Origin: Polyangiaceae bacterium
GTDB lineage: Bacteria; Myxococcota_A; Polyangia; Polyangiales; Polyangiaceae
Direction: 5' to 3'
NCBI GenBank assembly: GCA_050287085.1
Contig: JBNKBE010000001.1
Coordinates: forward strand, 1 to 64,000
DNA: 64,000 nucleotides
This document shows, piece by piece, positions 58,801 through 64,000 of this stretch. The first letter of the stretch is position 1, and each line of letters begins with the position of its first letter. Position numbers and translations under genes: made by a program. The notes below the pieces were generated by a model. It did not search any database, was not told the origin of the DNA, and saw only the letters and a list, made by a program, of their open reading frames with translations.

Positions 58801-58868
58801 ACTGCACCCGCGCCCAAGAGCGAGACGCCCGCCACGCTTAGAGTGGCTATAAAATCACGCAATTTCAT
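55839..58868 (-). CDS. Exported lamin-tail-domain protein with phospho-His swivel and PEP/pyruvate-binding (PPDK N-type ATP-grasp) domains
   Basis: AVAC lipobox; two LTD-like modules (LSELMADN..DWIELTN; LNEL..IELYN); TPLAHVNVLS..RGTPNA; VGAKAA, RSSSNTED..GAGLYTS, VWASLWN.RA, KQARP. Confidence 0.82.
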   Translation of the reverse strand: MKLRDFIATLSVAGVSLLGAGAVACNAPGSQWHNDASTPPDGGLADGGLATALRLSELMADNEGAWIDEWGEAEDWIELTNYGEASIALAGYALGDGLGARRSLPDRTLAPGGAIVLFADSQPEQGPRHLPFKLSSKGDRVLLYHGSTRVDETSFGALLPNASWARFESDGGWLRCRYASPGRKNGPACLPPEPLDSPPDAVFEPFDWPAQYPPRPRHLVLNELALRSAPARIELYNAGKKAVDLSEYALTLRSLAPDQAWPLLSEGGQLTLPEGELQPGERALVTVPEASLQSLDKSPAFEGVATLFESDGASVDRVDFMRWPKGTFLARPTDGEPQWVYCTNETLQKKNRCEPLRSRDVGDRVRYLRTPSDFSALSAGESDVGIDAVKFVLDQAAPGAVHLLSSAAWPLHYTFIREQIYREPPLDRCDPQQNAEFTRGWYAFSEQEYFETEDARRFLLGTLSLHGGADISAVEYAFGDKINGDQMVRAYWSVLPHTLDPTRWVLRPQDDAQVAQLQGQGAQAPIVAPNAPFVGVTYQPLTEGVAYGTLRFVPASELSAASLGPDIILLTDDVPNDIPFVGGLVTEAFQTPLAHVNVLSMNRGTPNAALRDAREMLQEHIGELVRLEVASAELRVERTTPEAATAYWQQVRPTQASFVPPLDTTVRGVVELSEHDLTSLPAVGAKAAQMAELLRVNKVPAECVHFGLPDLPASPLAVPVVHYLEHFRTSGAEALLRELESDAAFGSDPLARAEQLLLLQERILKHPVDAELLSSLEQAVAEHFGEARVRFRSSSNTEDLPTFNGAGLYTSTSAQVGDNGRRVDDALRTVWASLWNPRAFDERVYGGVDNTSVAMGVLIHGAFLSEAANGVGVSRNVLDPIRGDIYYVNVQAGEASVTNPAPGVTTEQLLYQWRRTPRILYESSSSLLPALLQHGEHVLSFDEVEALACALQTFHNWFRPKLDPERRDPWFAIESEFKLVDEPRRRLVFKQARPHPFRSESAYGDCREF

Positions 58869-59059
58869 CGATTTATCGGGTCCAAGGACCTCGCCCGAGC
58901 CGCGCCATGCGAGCACTTCGTCAAGACGCCAAGGACAACTGGGTACAAGAGCCGTGCCAGCTTGAGCCGAAACTCCCGCGCCCGTGGGTCACAGGCCTTT
59001 GGGCGCGGACGCATCAGCCTCGACAGGCCCCGCCCGACGGCCCTGGGCTCGGAGCCACA

Positions 59060-59461
59060 TCAGCGGCGGTATTCGAGCGAGCGCAGGAAGGCCAACAAGG
59101 CGGCAAGCTGTTCCGGCGCGTTCAACAGGTCCGAAGCCGGCGGCATGGCAGGACTCTTGCCTACCGCAGCGCCTCCGCCGGTGATGACGCGGCGCAGCAT
59201 GTCGTCGCTCTGCCCCACGAGAAAAGCCGCCGCCGCGATGTCACGGGGGGGTGGCTGAAAGCTACGAGCCGCCGGTCCGTCGCCCCGCCCCCGTGGTCCG
59301 TGACAGGTCGCGCAACGCTGCTCGTAGATCCGTGCTCCAAGCGCGAGATCTGCGCGCTCGGTGAGCCCTGAGCCCACGCCTCGTGACCCCTCATCCGGCG
59401 CCGGTTCCAACTTGGAACAACCAAGGGACGCGCCGAGCGCCAGCAATGTGACCCCAAGCAC
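59060..59461 (-). CDS. Monoheme cytochrome c lipoprotein
   Basis: SLGC lipobox; CATCH; GRGDGP; MPP axial Met; start uncertain. Confidence 0.8.
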   Translation of the reverse strand: MLGVTLLALGASLGCSKLEPAPDEGSRGVGSGLTERADLALGARIYEQRCATCHGPRGRGDGPAARSFQPPPRDIAAAAFLVGQSDDMLRRVITGGGAAVGKSPAMPPASDLLNAPEQLAALLAFLRSLEYRR

Positions 59462-59470
59462 CCTGTGGCT

Positions 59471-59512
59471 CCAAGCATCCAACGGTGCCCCAAGCACCCA
59501 ACGGTGCCCCAA
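59471..59512. repeat. 19-bp tandem duplication (CCAAGCAYCCAACGGTGCC x2.2)
   Basis: Read directly from sequence. Confidence 0.8.
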
Positions 59513-59611
59513 TGGACCTCGACTCAGCTGTTGTTCACTCGCAGCGAGCGCCACCGCTACGCGATAACGCAAGTGAACATCAAAACGCAAGTCCCCAATG
59601 ATGATGGGCTT

Positions 59612-59629
59612 ATGACAAAATCCTGACAG
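59612..59629 (-). promoter_or_regulatory. Pho-box/OmpR-type direct repeat CTGTCAG-GATT-TTGTCAT
   Basis: Two TGTCA units at 11-bp period in a divergent intergenic region. Confidence 0.45.
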
Positions 59630-59645
59630 ACGATCGGCTAGTTAC

Positions 59646-60545
59646 ATGGCCATGCATCGCACGCTTTCGTCGGCGCAAACCCGACCCGACCTCGTCAAAA
59701 ACATCCCCTTCATCTTGGTTCACCTAGCGCCGCTAGGCCTGTTCTGGACCGGGGCTAAGCCCATCGATTGGGCGGTCTGCGCTGGGCTCTACGTCCTGCG
59801 CATGTTCTTCATCACTGGGGCCTACCACAGGTACTTCGCTCACCGAAGCTACAAGATGGGTCGCGTGATGCAGTTTCTGATGGCATTCGGCGGCGGCACT
59901 GCTGCCCAGAAGGGTGCGCTCTGGTGGGCCTCCCATCACCGCATGCACCACAAGTTTTCGGATAGTGAGCGCGACGTTCATTCACCCAAGGACGGCCTGC
60001 TATGGTCCCAGGTCGGCTGGATCATGTGCAACGAATACGATGACACCGAGTGGACCTGGATTCGCGACTTCGCGAAATACCCGGAGTTGGTTTGGCTCAA
60101 TAAGCATCACGCCGTCCCTCCGATCCTGCTGGGCGTAGCCACCTACCTGGTTGGTGGCTGGAGCATGCTTCTATGCGGCTTCTTCTTGTCTACGGTGCTG
60201 CTCTATCACGGCACGTTTTCGATCAACTCGGCCATGCACCTATTTGGGAAACGTCGCTACGCGACCAAAGACACGAGCCGCAACACGCTCCTATTCGCCC
60301 TCATCACTCTGGGTGAGGGGTGGCACAACAACCACCACTACTATCAGTCCTCAACCAACCAGGGTTTCTTCTGGTGGGAGATCGACATCACCTACTACGT
60401 CCTCAAGGTGCTCAGTTGGGTGGGTCTGACCTCCGACCTGCGAAAGCCGCCAGCTCACGTTCTGACCAGCAATCTCGTCAAGGACAATCCAGATATCGGC
60501 ATGGGGGAGGCCCCGCTGGGCGTTCCCGAGCCCGCAATGAAGTAG
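59646..60545 (+). CDS. Acyl-CoA (delta-9) fatty acid desaturase
   Basis: His boxes HRYFAH, HRMHH, HNNHH; GEGW; WWEID. Confidence 0.92.
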   Translation: MAMHRTLSSAQTRPDLVKNIPFILVHLAPLGLFWTGAKPIDWAVCAGLYVLRMFFITGAYHRYFAHRSYKMGRVMQFLMAFGGGTAAQKGALWWASHHRMHHKFSDSERDVHSPKDGLLWSQVGWIMCNEYDDTEWTWIRDFAKYPELVWLNKHHAVPPILLGVATYLVGGWSMLLCGFFLSTVLLYHGTFSINSAMHLFGKRRYATKDTSRNTLLFALITLGEGWHNNHHYYQSSTNQGFFWWEIDITYYVLKVLSWVGLTSDLRKPPAHVLTSNLVKDNPDIGMGEAPLGVPEPAMK

Positions 60546-60612
60546 CCTGGGGCCAGGCCCCAGTTATCGTCTTGGTCCTGCGGAGCCCGCGCGTGCTAGG
60601 CTCCCGCAGCTC

Positions 60613-61971
60613 ATGACAGCGGACGATGAAATCGATGTCTCGGAGCTCGCTGCGGCCCCGCCGGGCCGCACTGAGCTGTCCACACGGCTTGGAGCATCGT
60701 CCGCTGAAGTCACCCGGCTCCGGGTCGCGGTGGTCGAGGGCCCCGACGCAGGACTCAGCGTCGAAAGCACCCACGGCCGCCTGAGTATTGGCACCCACGC
60801 CAGCAACGATCTCACGCTGACGGACCGGAGTGTCTCACGCTTTCATTGTGAGCTGGAGCTCGACCGACAGGGTGCCTGGGTCCGCGATCTGGAGAGCACC
60901 AACGGCACCGAGCTCGACGGGGTCCGCCTGGGCCGAGGCGGAGTGCGCGAGAGCAGCTGGCTGCGCCTGGGCAGAAGCACCCTGCAATTGCACTTCGCTG
61001 AGCCGCTCTCGCTGCCGCTATCTGAATGCTCTAGCTTCGGTAGCCTGGTGGGCAGCTCCCCTGCAATGCGGCGCGTCTTTGCTCTGCTGCAGCGCGCCGC
61101 CGAGAGCGACGCGACTGTGCTCATTCACGGCGAAACAGGCACCGGCAAGGAAGGAGCCGCCGAAGCTATCCACCAACAAGGTGCTCGCTCACGGGCCCCG
61201 TTCGTAGTGGTCGACTGCAGCGCGCTCCCAGCCAACTTGCTGGAGGCTGAGCTATTTGGGCACGAGGCGGGCGCGTACACCGGAGCCCTCAAAAAACGGC
61301 TCGGTGCCTTCCAGCAGGCCAGCGGCGGCACCATCTTCCTTGATGAACTAGGAGAGCTCCCGCTGGAGCTGCAGCCCAAGCTGCTTCGCGTCCTCGAGGA
61401 GCGCAAGGTCCGCCCATTGGGTTCCGATCACTATCGCCCTGTCGACGTACGGGTGCTCGCCGCAACCCACCGCGATTTGCGGCAGCTGGTGAATCAGGGC
61501 AGCTTTCGCGCCGACCTCTACTACCGCCTGGCCGTGGTGCTGGTGACGTTGCCCGCCTTGCGTGAACGCCCAGAAGACATCCCTCTGCTGGCCAAGCATC
61601 TCGCCGAGTCCCTAGTTTCCGATCCCGCCGTGCGAACCAAGGTGCTCGACGACACCTTCTACCGGCGCCTCGAACGGGCAAGCTGGCCAGGCAATGTTCG
61701 CGAGCTTCGAAACTACGTGGAGCGCTGCCTCGTCATGCAGCAGGTGGTGCCGCTGCAGTCACAGAGCGAAACCCCGGCACCAAACAGCAGCCACGATCAC
61801 CTATCGTTTGGGCAGGCAAAGGCATTGGTGGTCGAGGAGTTCGAGCGCAATTACCTGCGACGCCTGCTGGAACGAAGCAACGGTAACCTATCACAGGCTG
61901 CGCGCACGGCCAATCTCGACCGTCCCCATCTATACAAGCTGCTCAACCGCTACGGGCTGCGAAACCGATGA
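60613..61971 (+). CDS. FHA-domain sigma54 enhancer-binding protein
   Basis: VSRFH..DLESTNGT FHA; GETGTGKE, GAYTGA, FLDE, WPGNVREL; Fis HTH. Confidence 0.93.
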   Translation: MTADDEIDVSELAAAPPGRTELSTRLGASSAEVTRLRVAVVEGPDAGLSVESTHGRLSIGTHASNDLTLTDRSVSRFHCELELDRQGAWVRDLESTNGTELDGVRLGRGGVRESSWLRLGRSTLQLHFAEPLSLPLSECSSFGSLVGSSPAMRRVFALLQRAAESDATVLIHGETGTGKEGAAEAIHQQGARSRAPFVVVDCSALPANLLEAELFGHEAGAYTGALKKRLGAFQQASGGTIFLDELGELPLELQPKLLRVLEERKVRPLGSDHYRPVDVRVLAATHRDLRQLVNQGSFRADLYYRLAVVLVTLPALRERPEDIPLLAKHLAESLVSDPAVRTKVLDDTFYRRLERASWPGNVRELRNYVERCLVMQQVVPLQSQSETPAPNSSHDHLSFGQAKALVVEEFERNYLRRLLERSNGNLSQAARTANLDRPHLYKLLNRYGLRNR

Positions 61972-63044
61972 GTGAGGTGTTGCTGAGCCCGGGCAGCACG
62001 GTGGCTGGCTTTCGAATCGTGCGACCGCTTCATCTGGCCGCGCGTAGCCAGGTGTATCTGGCGCGCCCAGCAGCAGAGGGACCCCTGGCCGCCCTCAAAC
62101 TGCTGGTCGGTCGAGGCGCAAGCGGCTTACCAGAAGAGCAAGACGCCGCGCTCCGGGAGGCCAGTGCGTGCAAAGCCGTCGAAAGTGATCACGTCGCACG
62201 TTTCTTGGCTATGGGTCCGACGCCTTTCGGTCCGTTTATCGCGACCGAGTTTGTTCCTGGCCTTACGCTCGATGAGCTCGTCCGAAGCCTAGCTCGACGG
62301 GGACGTGGACTTCGCTTGGCAGACGCCCTGACTGTGATCCGAGGCATGGCGCTGGGACTGTCAGCCGCTCACTCAGCGCCCAACGCCGACGGCGGGATCG
62401 GGATCGTGCATCGGGATCTATCGCCACACAACGTGATGCTTGGCCCCGAGGGCGAGGTCAAGCTCATCGACTTTGGACTCGCCAAGGTTCGCTCGAGCGC
62501 CAGTCGCAGCACCTCTCCGGGCACGGTGAAGGGAAGCTTGCGTTACCTCGCTCCGGAGCAGTGTACGAACGCAGCCCTCAGCCCCGCCACCGATCTATTC
62601 GCGCTCGGAATCATCCTCTTCGAATTGTCGACGGGAACGCGGTGGATGCGCGAGCGCGACGATATGCGCGCCCTTGAGCTCATGGTCGCAGGCGAACGAC
62701 CGCTCCCTTCGCAGCGGCGGGCCCCTTACCCCGAGTCCCTGGAAAAAGTTGTGTTGCAGCTGCTGGACGCGTCCCCCCGACGTCGCCTCGGTCCAGCTTC
62801 GAAGCTTGTCGAAACGCTCGAGTCGTTGGCTAGCGCGGAGGGCCTGCCGCTGTCGCCCGCGGCGCTAGGACAACTCGTGACACGCCATCTACCGCCCCCG
62901 ACCGCCAACGCGGAGCTAGCCGAACAGGCACGTCCGAAAGAGCCCCTCCCCGCAGCTCCAGCCGAAGCGTCTTCCGGCGCGACCGAACGACTTCCCTCGG
63001 AACGGCACCCCCCGGGATGGCGGCGCTCGGGATGGCGACACTGA
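61968..63044 (+). CDS. Hanks-type Ser/Thr protein kinase
   Basis: AALK, HRDLSPHN, DFG, YLAPEQ, DLFALG; Gly-loop degenerate; ATGA overlap with the EBP gene. Confidence 0.88.
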   Translation: MSEVLLSPGSTVAGFRIVRPLHLAARSQVYLARPAAEGPLAALKLLVGRGASGLPEEQDAALREASACKAVESDHVARFLAMGPTPFGPFIATEFVPGLTLDELVRSLARRGRGLRLADALTVIRGMALGLSAAHSAPNADGGIGIVHRDLSPHNVMLGPEGEVKLIDFGLAKVRSSASRSTSPGTVKGSLRYLAPEQCTNAALSPATDLFALGIILFELSTGTRWMRERDDMRALELMVAGERPLPSQRRAPYPESLEKVVLQLLDASPRRRLGPASKLVETLESLASAEGLPLSPAALGQLVTRHLPPPTANAELAEQARPKEPLPAAPAEASSGATERLPSERHPPGWRRSGWRH

Positions 63045-63086
63045 GCGCGTCCCGAGTCGCCTATTCTCCCGCTGGGATGCCTTAGC

Positions 63087-63290
63087 GACGGCGAAGCGGC
63101 CGCACCGGAATCGGCGTCATCACCGGACGCCCCAGCAGGGGCAGCCCAGGAGTGCCGGAACGCAGCAATGGCACCGCAGGTGACCCCATGAACGCTGCGA
63201 CGAAACACCGCTCGACCATATTCATGAAGGGGCCGAAGCAGTTCAGTATGGGACGCAGGACGCCGCCAGCCGACTCCTGTTTCCCGCCGA
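63087..63290 (-). ncRNA. Candidate structured small RNA (~200 nt)
   Basis: Nested stems with G-U pairs on the minus strand; TTGACA at 63325-63320 about 35 nt upstream; no known family recognised. Confidence 0.3.
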
Positions 63291-63427
63291 GTTCGTCAAA
63301 GTTGCCGCGCATGCGTAATTGTCAAGCATAAACCGTACCATCCGCCCGTTGACCACCGGCAAAGCCCAAATCTGGACTTTCTTCGCCGACTGTGCTCGGG
63401 AAGTGTGACATCCCTGTCGCACCCTCG

Positions 63428-64000
63428 TCAGTGTTTGCCACGCGACTCCCCTTCGGAGCGCGGTTCGAGTTTCACATCGTGGGCGTTGGGCCCCAGAAGG
63501 GACCCGCACATTGTCTTGCACAGGACCTCGTCGTCGCCGCACTTGCACCGCCCCGCCGCCTTCTGCTCCAGCTTCTCGCGCATGGCCTCCTGCGAGAAGC
63601 GAGCGAGCCGTTCAACCCGAGAGAAGTCCCAGCCGCGAGTGATCTGCTTGGGCGTGCGAGGATCCGTCGGCGCGGCATCAGGCTCAGCGCAACAGCGGAA
63701 GCCTAGGTAGTAGTAGTAGAAGCCCTCGTCGTGGGTGTAGATCTTCGGCCGACATTGGTTGCGCACTCCCTTATACCAGGGCCCGCCGGTGGTGACGCTG
63801 TCGTACTTGGCGCGAGATGCAGGGGCTGTTGTCTCACTGGCCGCTACCTCATCGTTGTTGCCCGGCAGGTCATGCACCCCGTACTCGCTCACGCACTCCG
63901 GCTGTTGCCCACTGCGAACGCCTTGCCATAGGCGCGCCAGTTCCGTGGGATCGCGCCTGGCAATCTTGTTCATGTTGGGGCTGTCCCACTCGCGATCCCC
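63428..64000 (-). CDS. FGE-sulfatase/SUMF1-family domain protein (3' part only; runs off the window end)
   Basis: CVSEYGVHDLPGNNDE, TGGPW, LGFRCC; frame open to position 64000. Confidence 0.8.
   Translation of the reverse strand, partial: GDREWDSPNMNKIARRDPTELARLWQGVRSGQQPECVSEYGVHDLPGNNDEVAASETTAPASRAKYDSVTTGGPWYKGVRNQCRPKIYTHDEGFYYYYLGFRCCAEPDAAPTDPRTPKQITRGWDFSRVERLARFSQEAMREKLEQKAAGRCKCGDDEVLCKTMCGSLLGPNAHDVKLEPRSEGESRGKH

Noticed and set aside
55839..58868. Ordinary PEP synthase/PPDK
   Set aside because: Domain order reversed, no C-terminal pyruvate-binding barrel, and an N-terminal lipoprotein signal

Overview
GC-rich chromosomal segment. Gene content (Cys-rich lipoproteins, FHA-sigma54 activator plus Hanks kinase, PilY1 cluster) suggests a myxobacterium, probably Polyangiaceae/Sorangiineae; this is inferred, not proven. 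About 48 CDS are supported; no rRNA, tRNA, CRISPR array or transposase was recognised. Housekeeping genes include lon, truD, mutH, metH, ferredoxin, grxD-fusion/bolA, rlmD-like, regB/regA, yaaA, truA-like, larBC, pmbA and scpAB. A type IV minor-pilin/PilY1 operon is preceded by a consensus sigma54 promoter. Most notable: (1) two tandem lipoproteins whose 26 core cysteines have perfectly mirror-symmetric spacing, implying a ~195-aa disulfide-zipped hairpin; (2) an apparently exported lamin-tail/His-swivel/ATP-grasp protein with glucan-water-dikinase domain order, with a Pho-box-like repeat upstream; (3) an intact MutH outside its textbook Dam-containing gammaproteobacterial range; (4) an orphan FliR/SctT gene upstream of site-2 protease-scpA-scpB, with a hugely extended ScpB; (5) two promoter-preceded structured intergenic RNA/sORF candidates. 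All family calls are by eye from motifs; no searches were run.
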